A model generated the notes under the pieces. It was not told where the DNA came from, did not search any database, and saw only the letters and a list, made by a program, of their open reading frames with translations. Of a stretch of DNA of 64,000 nucleotides, positions 31,911 through 40,119 are shown in pieces. Within the stretch, counting starts at the first letter, position 1. Each line of letters starts with the position of its first letter. The stretch is from an uncultured virus (IMG/VR IMGVR_UViG_3300005264_001052) (taxonomy: Duplodnaviria > Heunggongvirae > Uroviricota > Caudoviricetes): IMG/VR virus record IMGVR_UViG_3300005264_001052; one strand, given 5' to 3'. The position numbers were made by a program, and so were the translations under genes.

Positions 31911-31943
31911 GTGCAATAAACAGTACTGTATTGTTTATTGCAC
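31911..31943. repeat. Near-perfect 33-bp palindrome
   Basis: GTGCAATAAACAGTAC-T-GTATTGTTTATTGCAC. Confidence 0.8.
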
Positions 31944-32046
31944 AAAAGTAGGGCTCACAACATAATAAACCACTGAAATTTAGGATCCCTGTTGTATCCT
32001 TTAAAGAGCCCAAACAATAATATTTTAAATATATAAGGAAAAAATT

Positions 32047-32427
32047 ATGGATATAGGACCTTTTGAATGGAGCTTTATTGGGGCAGTATCTGAGGAAATA
32101 GCCGATGAAGAAACAAGATTAAATAAAAATGATTCATTACATAATAAAAATGAGTATAATTATGATGGGTATACAGTTTACGATATGCCACTTAAAGATA
32201 CAGAAGATCAAATATCAAAACTCGAAACTATGGCTACTCTTTCATTATTGGAAGAACAATTTTCAAATGACGATAGTACCGATATTCCTGATAAGCAAGA
32301 GTTTATATCATTAAAAGAAGTAAATACTTTAGTTAATAAAAAAAGGAAACTTCCATTAAGACCTTTTGAAAAATATATACAAGATTTAGTATCAGGCAAA
32401 AAGACTCTTGATGATGGTTTAGATTAA
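32047..32427 (+). CDS. Acidic hypothetical protein
   Basis: ORF with AAGGA RBS. Confidence 0.55.
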   Translation: MDIGPFEWSFIGAVSEEIADEETRLNKNDSLHNKNEYNYDGYTVYDMPLKDTEDQISKLETMATLSLLEEQFSNDDSTDIPDKQEFISLKEVNTLVNKKRKLPLRPFEKYIQDLVSGKKTLDDGLD

Positions 32428-32429
32428 TC

Positions 32430-33188
32430 ATGGATATAAGAATTATTGGAAAATTAAAATCTAGAGCTGTTAATAGAATTATTAAAAATACTAATCTATG
32501 TAGATATTCAAAAAAGTGTGATATTGTAGTAAATTATGGTTTGGCGGGTAAACGGTTAGATTTATTTTGCAAAAAGCATCCTTCTATTCTTAGAAAACCA
32601 ATGATTAATAAATATATAGGATGTAATAAATATAAAGCAGTAAAAGAAGCTAAATTAAATAATATAAAAGTTCCTATCACATTATTAACCTTATCGAAAC
32701 AATTAAAAAAATCAGACTTTTTAACTAAACAATTACATTCCCAAGGCGGGAAAGGTATAGAAAAAGCAAAAACAAAATCTAAATTAATAAATAAATACTA
32801 TCAAGAATTTATTACTACTAGAAAATATGAATTACGTGTACATGCTTTTGCTTGGTTAAAACAAACAGATTGGTTACTACAGAAAAGATTTGGAAAAAAG
32901 GAAAAAATTGCGTGGAATTATAGTAAAGGTGGTACTTTTAAAACTATTAACAATGCTAGTCAGTACCCACTATTCAAAAAGGCCAAAGCTATATCAGAAG
33001 AAATATTAAAAATTAGAAATATGGCTTTTGGAGCAGTTGATTTTATTATTACTTCTACTAATGAAATAATATTTTTAGAAATAAACTCAGCTCCAGGATT
33101 TACTAAATTAAGTGAAGATATGTATATTAAGGCTTTTGATAAATTAACTACTTTAACTAAAAATAAAATATTAAAATACTGTAATTAA
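32430..33188 (+). CDS. Second RimK-like ATP-grasp ligase
   Basis: VNYG, NKY, HSQGGKG, YQEFI..KYELRVH, FGAVDF, LEINSAPG. Confidence 0.85.
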   Translation: MDIRIIGKLKSRAVNRIIKNTNLCRYSKKCDIVVNYGLAGKRLDLFCKKHPSILRKPMINKYIGCNKYKAVKEAKLNNIKVPITLLTLSKQLKKSDFLTKQLHSQGGKGIEKAKTKSKLINKYYQEFITTRKYELRVHAFAWLKQTDWLLQKRFGKKEKIAWNYSKGGTFKTINNASQYPLFKKAKAISEEILKIRNMAFGAVDFIITSTNEIIFLEINSAPGFTKLSEDMYIKAFDKLTTLTKNKILKYCN

Positions 33189-33202
33189 AAAAAAGGATTA
33201 TA

Positions 33203-33994
33203 ATGATTAAATTGACAACCCCTGAAATTATGGACAATAAATTAAAAATAGAAGTCCCCAGAAAAAAACATACCTACGCAGTTCCTCATGGAATGGCTTT
33301 TGTTTCGGCCGAAAATAAACAAGTATGTGCTTATGTAGGATGTAGAGATTACTTACAAGACATAATTAGAACTTATTTAAATAATAAAAAACGTATAGAA
33401 ACTGACGGGCATCCTTATTATCCAGAACTAAAAGACCCAGATCTATGCATGGACAGATTGCGTTTGATGTTTTGTATTAAAAAACCAGTACTAAAGGGAT
33501 TTATTAGATCATTAAAAGTATTAAATGGTATAGAAACTTATGCAAATATGGAAAAAACTATAGCAGAATTTGTACATCTAGAAGATAGTTCGACTAATGA
33601 TATTACTATTTTATTGAGGGGTTCAGGAGAATATATGAAAAATCCTCATTTATTATCCTTACTTACATTAATTATACGATTTTGTACATATAATCCTAGA
33701 TTTAAATTTGAACAAGTAAGTGACCTTTCTAGAGCGTTTAAAAGTATGGAAAAACGTGGAACAATGAAGAAAGATCAGCATTTAATGAAGGAATGTCATG
33801 AAATATTACATGAGATATTAAAAGAACGTAAAGATATATTTAAAGGGTGTTCTTCAAAAGAATTATTTCCAATCGATATAAAACACTCTTTTCATTCTAA
33901 AGGTGGTATATTTGAATTATGTAAAGCAAATTCACCTAATAAAAAAGTAAATAAAAAAATTGTAGAACTAAAACGTAAAATAGTTAATATTTAA
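33203..33994 (+). CDS. Hypothetical protein, 'CR(D/E)' paralog family member 4
   Basis: CRDYLQD...LNGIE...YMKNPHLLSLLTLIIR...FHSKGGI. Confidence 0.65.
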   Translation: MIKLTTPEIMDNKLKIEVPRKKHTYAVPHGMAFVSAENKQVCAYVGCRDYLQDIIRTYLNNKKRIETDGHPYYPELKDPDLCMDRLRLMFCIKKPVLKGFIRSLKVLNGIETYANMEKTIAEFVHLEDSSTNDITILLRGSGEYMKNPHLLSLLTLIIRFCTYNPRFKFEQVSDLSRAFKSMEKRGTMKKDQHLMKECHEILHEILKERKDIFKGCSSKELFPIDIKHSFHSKGGIFELCKANSPNKKVNKKIVELKRKIVNI

Positions 33995-34183
33995 TATTTA
34001 TCGAAAACTATGAATATAATAAATATTAAATATGTTTAAAAGTGGATTCAACCGACCAGAGGTCAGAGAGTTTCCATTAAGTTTTAATATTTTATACCAT
34101 TGATGGTTTACAATTTATAGAATAAAATTAATATATTAAAATAGATTTAACAATTTTATTATAGTTTATTAAATTTATTTCTA

Positions 34184-34253
34184 TATGCTAAAAACTATGA
34201 ATATTAAAATATAAAACAAGGACGCGTGGGATGTGGGTGGGAAATTTAGTATA
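34184..34253 (+). ncRNA. Putative structured RNA with GTGGGAYGTGGGTGGGAA motif, copy 2
   Basis: TATGCTAAA/TTTAGTATA closing stem; motif at 34226..34243. Confidence 0.4.
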
Positions 34254-34291
34254 CAATTTATTTAACTAATCACTATATATAAGGAATAAAA

Positions 34292-34435
34292 ATGCATACA
34301 CCTGATAGTTGGGTAATAATAAAGATAGATAATCCTGAATATGATAAGCCATATTATAAAGTTCTTGGTGGATGGAGTGGAGGATATGAAATAATTAAGG
34401 TTACAGATATTAATGATGAAGAATTAGGACTATAA
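34292..34435 (+). pseudogene. Short or internally deleted member of a conserved phage protein family (PDxW...YKVLxGWSGGY)
   Basis: MHTPDSWVIIKIDNPEYDKPYYKVLGGWSGGY, then stops after 15 more residues. Confidence 0.45.
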
Positions 34436-34442
34436 TAATAAC

Positions 34443-34507
34443 GTAAAGACCGAAGCTTTTAGGTTATCCAGCTAAGATACTCCCCTAAAGCATTAACTTG
34501 TCTTTAC
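34443..34507 (+). ncRNA. Y-RNA-like hairpin, copy 3, 3 nt upstream of tRNA-Thr
   Basis: GTAAAGAC-CGAA-GCTTTTAGG-TTATC...CCTAAAGC-ATTAA-CTT-GTCTTTAC. Confidence 0.6.
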
Positions 34508-34510
34508 TTT

Positions 34511-34586
34511 GCCGATATAGCTCAGTTGGTAGAGCATCTCACTTGTAATGAGAATGTCCTCCGTTCGATTCGGGGTATCGGCTCCA
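34511..34586 (+). tRNA. tRNA-Thr(TGT), CCA encoded
   Basis: GCCGATA/TATCGGC acceptor, TCTCA-CTTGTAA-TGAGA anticodon arm, TTCGATT T-loop. Confidence 0.92.
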
Positions 34587-34825
34587 AAAAAATGGTTGGA
34601 AAATAATTGAATAAACTAACCTCATTATATAAAAAGAGTATTTTACTCTTAAATCAAAAAAAGGAGAATTACTTGGAACATTCATTTAATAATAGAAGTA
34701 GTATGTATAATTTACATGTATCCTACATGAATGGATTAGTATGCCCATCGCAACAAGGCATATATTATCCGAGTATAATGCTCCATGAATAGTTAAATTT
34801 TAAAGACATATAAAGAAATAACTTA

Positions 34826-34860
34826 AGGGGAGCAAATAAAATTAATTTGTTCCCCTTTTT
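34826..34860 (+). terminator. Intrinsic terminator
   Basis: AAGGGGAGCAAAT...ATTTGTTCCCCTT followed by a T-run. Confidence 0.7.
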
Positions 34861-34950
34861 ATTTATAATGAAGGGGCACTATATAAACTATAATTTTTTT
34901 TTCGAATTTCCCTTCAATTCGATAACATGTACTTATAAGGAGAAATATTT

Positions 34951-35262
34951 ATGGCAACAGTAGTTACATTTGAAAATTCAACAACTGGACAAATTAAGGA
35001 AGCACCAATTGGTTTTTCTTGGACAGTATTACTTTTCGGGTTCTTTCCACCAATTTTTAGAGGAGATTGGAAATGGGCGATTATTATGTTGATTATTGCA
35101 AGCCTCACAATGGGGGCAAGTAATTTTGTATTTATGTTTATGTATAATAAACTTTATATCAAAGATCTAATTAGTGATGGATATAAAGTAAAATCAGTTA
35201 ATGCTGGAACTGTTGATACAGCATCTCATGCAGTGGGGCTTGATTTACCTGCTATGGGATAA
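34951..35262 (+). CDS. Small membrane protein (GFSWT / DUF2628-like)
   Basis: APIGFSWTVLLFGFFPPIFRGDW...YNKLY. Confidence 0.7.
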   Translation: MATVVTFENSTTGQIKEAPIGFSWTVLLFGFFPPIFRGDWKWAIIMLIIASLTMGASNFVFMFMYNKLYIKDLISDGYKVKSVNAGTVDTASHAVGLDLPAMG

Positions 35263-35277
35263 TATAGATAGTTAAAC

Positions 35278-35363
35278 GCAGAGTTATCCCGTACTTGGAA
35301 GCGGTCTAGACTGTAAATCTAGTGGCCTTATGGCCTCGGGAGGTTCGAGTCCTTCACTCTGCA
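35278..35363 (+). tRNA. tRNA-Tyr(GTA)
   Basis: CTAGA-CTGTAAA-TCTAG, long variable arm, GGTTCGAGTCC; no encoded CCA. Confidence 0.9.
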
Positions 35364-35423
35364 CATAAAAATAAGGAGTACATAATATTACATTCAATTA
35401 ACTAAATGATAAAGAATTAAATA

Positions 35424-35497
35424 CGGGTAGTGGCCAAGTCTGGTATGGCACGTGGTTTGGATCCACGGGGTCGGAAGTTCAAATCTTCCCTACCCGA
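35424..35497 (+). tRNA. tRNA-Pro(TGG)
   Basis: CGGGTAG/CTACCCG acceptor, CGTGG-TTTGGAT-CCACG. Confidence 0.9.
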
Positions 35498-35533
35498 AAG
35501 GAAAAATATAATTTTTAATATTACCGGTTTCTT

Positions 35534-35651
35534 CCTTTTATAAAGGGTAACAGGATATTAGTCCGAGAAATCAAGTGAATGTTTACACTTAGAGCTGCCA
35601 GACGCAGCTTGCTATCGGTCTTTTCCCTGTACAGCCAGGGTGCATAAAAGG
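35534..35651 (+). ncRNA. Putative multibranch structured RNA
   Basis: CCTTTTAT/ATAAAAGG closing stem enclosing AAGTG/CACTT, AGCTGC/GCAGCT and CCCTG/CAGGG hairpins. Confidence 0.4.
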
Positions 35652-35656
35652 GTATT

Positions 35657-35842
35657 ATGAGGGATATAAAAAGAATACGAAGAATTATACAATTAATTAG
35701 TATAATTTGGTATAAAAACCCAGAATTACGTCTTACACAATTAATAATGAATGCACTAGCTATTAATAAGGACCCTTATTATATAGAAGATGAAAAACTA
35801 GAAGAAGCGTTACAAAAATTATATAAGGAGACTATTAAATGA
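35657..35842 (+). CDS. Small conserved phage-type protein (MRD..RI...W...P.LRL.QL)
   Basis: Motif recognition. Confidence 0.6.
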   Translation: MRDIKRIRRIIQLISIIWYKNPELRLTQLIMNALAINKDPYYIEDEKLEEALQKLYKETIK

Positions 35843-36672
35843 AATTTTTTATAATCGGCATAATCGGTATTGTATGTATATTTTTTAGTTGTGTTGAAGA
35901 ACCAGTAGATGAATTCGATAGTATAAGAATAATAAATCCAAAGAATTATCAATCTTTTTACACAAGAGATATGCCAATTAGTTTAGATGGTAAAGCCAGT
36001 TCAACTTTCAAGAATTTAAGCAGAAAAATTAGGTGGACAAGTAATATTTCTGGAGAATTAGGTTCAGGAAGTTCTATATATGTTACTCTTGAACCAGGGG
36101 AGCATGTTATAAAAGCTGTGTGTCCATTTACATATGAAGATTACACTGCTTCAGTTAAAATTACAGTAGAAGATTATACTCTTGGAGAACTTAAAACGAA
36201 AACAAATTTATCAATAAAAGTTAAAGATCAAGATGGTGATATACTAATAGTAAATAAAGGTAAAGGTATAATTACAGATACAAGTACAGGTTTAATGTGG
36301 GAAAGAAATCCTGATTCTTATCAGTATACTTACAATGAAGCACTTTCATTAGCACAAAATAGTAAACTTGCTGGATATACCAATTGGAGATTGCCAACAA
36401 TAAAAGAATTATCTGATATTTGTAATTTATACACCGATGGTAGGGATGCAGCATTACATCCAGAATTTATTTCTAGAGAAGGTGATTTTTGGACAAGCAC
36501 TACAGTTATAGATGTAAAAAAAGAATTTTTTAATGATGCTGTAGGAACGTTTAAATATACTATTTCACAAATAGATGCAATAACACTTACTGATAAACGA
36601 CTTTTATCTAAAAAGAGTTACGTTGGAGTTAATAGTGCTGTGTATGTTAGATTGGTGAGAAATTTAAAATAA
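35839..36672 (+). CDS. Lipoprotein with DUF1566 (Lcl C-terminal) domain
   Basis: Lipobox-like FFSC; ITDTSTGLMW, GYTNWRLPTIKEL, FWTS, VRLVR. Confidence 0.8.
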   Translation: MKFFIIGIIGIVCIFFSCVEEPVDEFDSIRIINPKNYQSFYTRDMPISLDGKASSTFKNLSRKIRWTSNISGELGSGSSIYVTLEPGEHVIKAVCPFTYEDYTASVKITVEDYTLGELKTKTNLSIKVKDQDGDILIVNKGKGIITDTSTGLMWERNPDSYQYTYNEALSLAQNSKLAGYTNWRLPTIKELSDICNLYTDGRDAALHPEFISREGDFWTSTTVIDVKKEFFNDAVGTFKYTISQIDAITLTDKRLLSKKSYVGVNSAVYVRLVRNLK

Positions 36673-36704
36673 AAATTTGACAGTATATATTTTAAGTATT
36701 ATAA

Positions 36705-36778
36705 CGCGCGGTGGAGCAGTCTGGTAGCTCGGGAGTCTCATAAGCTCTAGATCGAGGGTTCAAATCCCTCCCGTGCAA
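36705..36778 (+). tRNA. tRNA-Met(CAT), initiator-like (C1:A72 mismatch)
   Basis: CGCGCGG/CCGTGCA acceptor, CTCATAA loop, GGTTCAAATCC. Confidence 0.85.
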
Positions 36779-37060
36779 AAGGAAAATAATATGGTAAATC
36801 TTAGAACTAAAACAACGTTTATTAAGAACAAATTTCATATTAGATTGCTAGAAAATGATTTAGTAATAAATGAAATGGCATGTAAATTAAAAATAGATAC
36901 TGGATGGTGTTGTAAGTATATGTTACGATGGTATGACAAATTAGGTGGAAGTTCTAAAATGGCATCTAAATCTCGTCATAGAAGTAGAAATATTACTTAT
37001 CCTGCAGGAAAAATTTGGTATGAAAAAGATTTAAGGAAAATAGTAAATGAACAAAAATAA
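36773..37060 (+). CDS. Hypothetical protein (start probably 36791)
   Basis: ORF with AAGGA RBS. Confidence 0.5.
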   Translation: MQKENNMVNLRTKTTFIKNKFHIRLLENDLVINEMACKLKIDTGWCCKYMLRWYDKLGGSSKMASKSRHRSRNITYPAGKIWYEKDLRKIVNEQK

Positions 37061-37222
37061 AATAAATAAATTACATAACGGAGATCAAATATTTTGGAAA
37101 GATCCAGATAATAATTGTTCAAGATATTATACCATTAGAAACATCTTTATAAAAGAAAATATAATTTGTATAACTGATATTGATGGAAGTTATCTTGAAT
37201 GTTTTGCACATGAATTAAACTA

Positions 37223-37284
37223 GGAAGAGTGGTCAAGTATGGTGTGACAACAGCCTTGAAAGCTGTCGGGTGTCAAAAGCCTTG
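37223..37284 (+). pseudogene. Truncated tRNA-Ser(TGA), lacking T arm and 3' acceptor strand
   Basis: GGAAGAG-TGGTCAAGTATGG..., ACAGC-CTTGAAA-GCTGT, variable arm, then runs directly into rtcB coding sequence. Confidence 0.7.
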
Positions 37285-38114
37285 TTCTACCGTTTTTATT
37301 TAAACATGTTGCACTTATGCCAGATTGTCATATGGGGTATGGTATGCCTATTGGTGGCGTAATAGCTACTAGAGATGTTGTAATTCCAAATGCTGTGGGA
37401 ATGGATGTGGGTTGTGGTATGTGTGCAATTAAGACATCCATTACAGCCATAGACAATGAACCACTTAAAAAAATTATGTCTTTAATTAGACAAGTAGTAC
37501 CTGTTGGATTTAAACACCATAATGAAAAACAAGATATTAAATTTATGCCTAACATTTCATTACTTGATAGTTTATATGTTGTCTCTCAAGAATTTGAAAG
37601 TGCCCAAACACAGATAGGTACTCTCGGCGGGGGAAATCATTTTATAGAAGTACAACGAGATGAAGAAGATTATATTTGGATTATGATTCATTCAGGTAGT
37701 AGAAATTTGGGTTTTAAAGTTGCAAAACATTATAATAAATTAGCAGTAGATTTAAATGAAAAATGGTTTAGTTCTGTACCTAAAAAATGGGAATTAGCTT
37801 TTTTACCTATAGATGAATTAGGTACTACCTATTTAAAAGAAATGCAATACTGTGTAGATTTTGCACTCGCCAACAGAAAATTAATGATGCAAAGAGTAAA
37901 AGAATGTATTTCAAACGTAATTCAAGATGTAAAGTTTGAAGAACTAATTAATATAGCACATAATTATGCTTCTGTTGAGAATCATTTTAATACTAATGTA
38001 ATGATTCATAGAAAAGGAGCTACTAGTGCTTATGAAGGACAAGTAGGTATTATTCCTGGTAGCCAAGGAACAAATAGTTTTATTGTAAAAGGTAAAGGAA
38101 ATGTTCAAAGATAA
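37285..38114 (+). pseudogene. rtcB: RtcB RNA ligase, truncated at both ends
   Basis: HVALMPDCH.GYGMPIGG, VGMDVGCG, GTLGGGNHFIE, HSGSR, HN, HRKGA, IPGSQG; stops at KGKGNVQR before the SxSHGAGR nucleophile motif. Confidence 0.85.
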
Positions 38115-38315
38115 AAGGATTAATTATGCAGAAAATACAAAAAGGAAAAATTACTGGAGCATTAGAAGACAATTGGTATAAAAATAGAATTGGAAAAACA
38201 GTAGAAATTAGACGTTTTACACATAATATGTATCTTGACGCTAATGATAATACTAAATTATATAGAGTTAAAGATATTCAGATAATTAAAAACGAAAAGA
38301 TATAAAGATAGTAGT

Positions 38316-38912
38316 ATGGCTGATATAATATATATACTTACAAACGAATCAATGATTGATTACATAAAAATAGGCAAAACAACTGATTTAGAACGACGTA
38401 TAAAAGAACTTGATAATACTAGCGTTCCATTACCATTTGAGTGTTTCTATGCATGTACAGTTAAAGATATGAATTTTGTAGAAAAACAATTACACAAAGC
38501 GTTCGCACCTCATAGAGTAAGAAATAATAGAGAATTTTTTAAATTATCTCCTATTCAAGCTGTTGCGGCATTAAAGTTAGTAGCATTAGAAGATATAACT
38601 CCTAATATGGATTTTGTTGAAACAAAAGATGACCAAGTGGCTCTTGATAAAGCCAGAGCTAGAAGGCCTAACTTTAATTTTAAAATGTTAGACATACCTA
38701 TAGGAAGTAAGCTTGCTTTTATCCTTGATGACACAATAACAGCTACAGTAGTAGATAATAAATATATAGAATTAGATGGAAAAATTGTTTCTACATCTGG
38801 CGGTGCACATAAATTTCTTCCTAAAACCAGACATCCTGTACAAGGTACACTATATTGGGCTTATGAAGGAGAAACTTTAAATGAAAGACGTATCAGATTA
38901 GAAACTGAATAA
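38316..38912 (+). CDS. GIY-YIG (T5orf172-like) nuclease domain protein
   Basis: IYILTNESM...IKIGKT..LERRIKEL...VPLPF...VEKQLH...REFF. Confidence 0.85.
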   Translation: MADIIYILTNESMIDYIKIGKTTDLERRIKELDNTSVPLPFECFYACTVKDMNFVEKQLHKAFAPHRVRNNREFFKLSPIQAVAALKLVALEDITPNMDFVETKDDQVALDKARARRPNFNFKMLDIPIGSKLAFILDDTITATVVDNKYIELDGKIVSTSGGAHKFLPKTRHPVQGTLYWAYEGETLNERRIRLETE

Positions 38913-38923
38913 AAATAAATAAA

Positions 38924-39011
38924 GGAAAGTTGACCGAGCGGCTTATGGTGCTCGCCTGCTAAGCGAGTGGAGTTAACTCTCCCGAAGGTTCAAATCCTTC
39001 ACTTTCCGCCA
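38924..39011 (+). tRNA. tRNA-Ser(GCT), CCA encoded
   Basis: GGAAAGT/ACTTTCC acceptor, CTCGC-CTGCTAA-GCGAG, variable arm. Confidence 0.92.
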
Positions 39012-39013
39012 TT

Positions 39014-39580
39014 TTGAAAGGAATTTTCATGAAATTTTTAAAAATTATATTAATGACACTATTTATAGTACTTAGTACAGTAACAGTAAAAGCAGTAACA
39101 GTAACAGGACCAATTACAGGCTATGGCGTTATAACAAATGAAGTATCGTGGCACCAAGATGTATTAGCTGATGCGACAGGTGTACTAAATTTTACAGTGT
39201 TTCTTACTGATTGGAATGGCGTACCAGAACCTGAATTCTTAACAGCACATGTTAGAAATAATGGAGTAGATGCTACAGAAACTATTTGGTATGATGATGT
39301 TGGTACGCAATCAATTACATTTACTTGGAATAATGGCCTTACAGTAGATGAAGGTGATTGGTATACTTTTGAGCTATGTGGAGAAGATGACATATGGAAT
39401 CATGCTTTACATTTTACAAATAATATCTATCATGGTAATTTATCTAGTAATTTAAGTATTATGTTTGAATATAACTTGATATTTGAAAATAACGTAGTAC
39501 ATAGTAATCCAGTTCCTGAACCTGCTACAATGATGCTGTTAGGAATAGGCTTACTATGTATTGCAAAAATAAGAAAATAA
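39014..39580 (+). CDS. Secreted PEP-CTERM sorting-signal protein
   Basis: N-terminal signal peptide; C-terminal VPEPATMMLLGIGLLCIAKIRK. Confidence 0.88.
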   Translation: MKGIFMKFLKIILMTLFIVLSTVTVKAVTVTGPITGYGVITNEVSWHQDVLADATGVLNFTVFLTDWNGVPEPEFLTAHVRNNGVDATETIWYDDVGTQSITFTWNNGLTVDEGDWYTFELCGEDDIWNHALHFTNNIYHGNLSSNLSIMFEYNLIFENNVVHSNPVPEPATMMLLGIGLLCIAKIRK

Positions 39581-39587
39581 TTTAAAT

Positions 39588-39660
39588 AGGGATATAGTTC
39601 AACTGGCAGAACATCTGATTTTGATTCAGAAGGTTAATGGTTCAAGTCCATTTATCCCTT
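39588..39660 (+). tRNA. tRNA-Gln(TTG)
   Basis: AGGGATA/TATCCCT acceptor, TCTGA-TTTTGAT-TCAGA. Confidence 0.88.
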
Positions 39661-39693
39661 AAGTACATTAAATACTGATAAAGGAAATAAAAT

Positions 39694-40119
39694 ATGAGTG
39701 ATTCATGTTGGTTTAGTATTGCAGTAAAAAATGAGGATATTGAAGAATTTAAAAAAATATTTATACCACTTAAAAATTATCCTGCGGATGAAGAATATGA
39801 AGATGAACATTATACTGAATTTATTTTCTATGAAGCAAATTATGGATTTTATACTGAAATTGAAGATTTACAAACTAAAGATATAAATTTTAGAGGACGT
39901 CATGGTAATGGAGGAGACTTTGGTTCTATGCGTTTTGCACAATATAATAATATGTTTGACGAAATAAATACTGATTATGATGGAAACATATCAATATCAG
40001 CTAATAATGCCACTGGAAAAATAACTGTAGATAAATTAATAGCTGCAGAAGAATTTGCAAAACTAGACCAAAAAGTAATTGAATATTTTAAATCCAATGG
40101 AATAAAAAGTATTTGGTAA
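39694..40119 (+). CDS. Hypothetical protein
   Basis: ORF with AAGGA RBS. Confidence 0.55.
   Translation: MSDSCWFSIAVKNEDIEEFKKIFIPLKNYPADEEYEDEHYTEFIFYEANYGFYTEIEDLQTKDINFRGRHGNGGDFGSMRFAQYNNMFDEINTDYDGNISISANNATGKITVDKLIAAEEFAKLDQKVIEYFKSNGIKSIW

Noticed and set aside
34003..34076. c-di-GMP-II riboswitch-like words (GAAAACTATGAA...AGTGG..CAACCGACC)
   Set aside because: The central pseudoknot and kink-turn elements are not recognisable and no gene follows directly; a covariance-model search would be needed.
35839..36672. DUF1566 gene as a diversity-generating retroelement target
   Set aside because: No reverse transcriptase and no template-repeat copy of its 3' end seen in this window.
38316..38912. 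GIY-YIG gene as an intron-encoded homing endonuclease splitting rtcB
   Set aside because: The missing rtcB 3' part is not found downstream and no group I intron core is recognisable.
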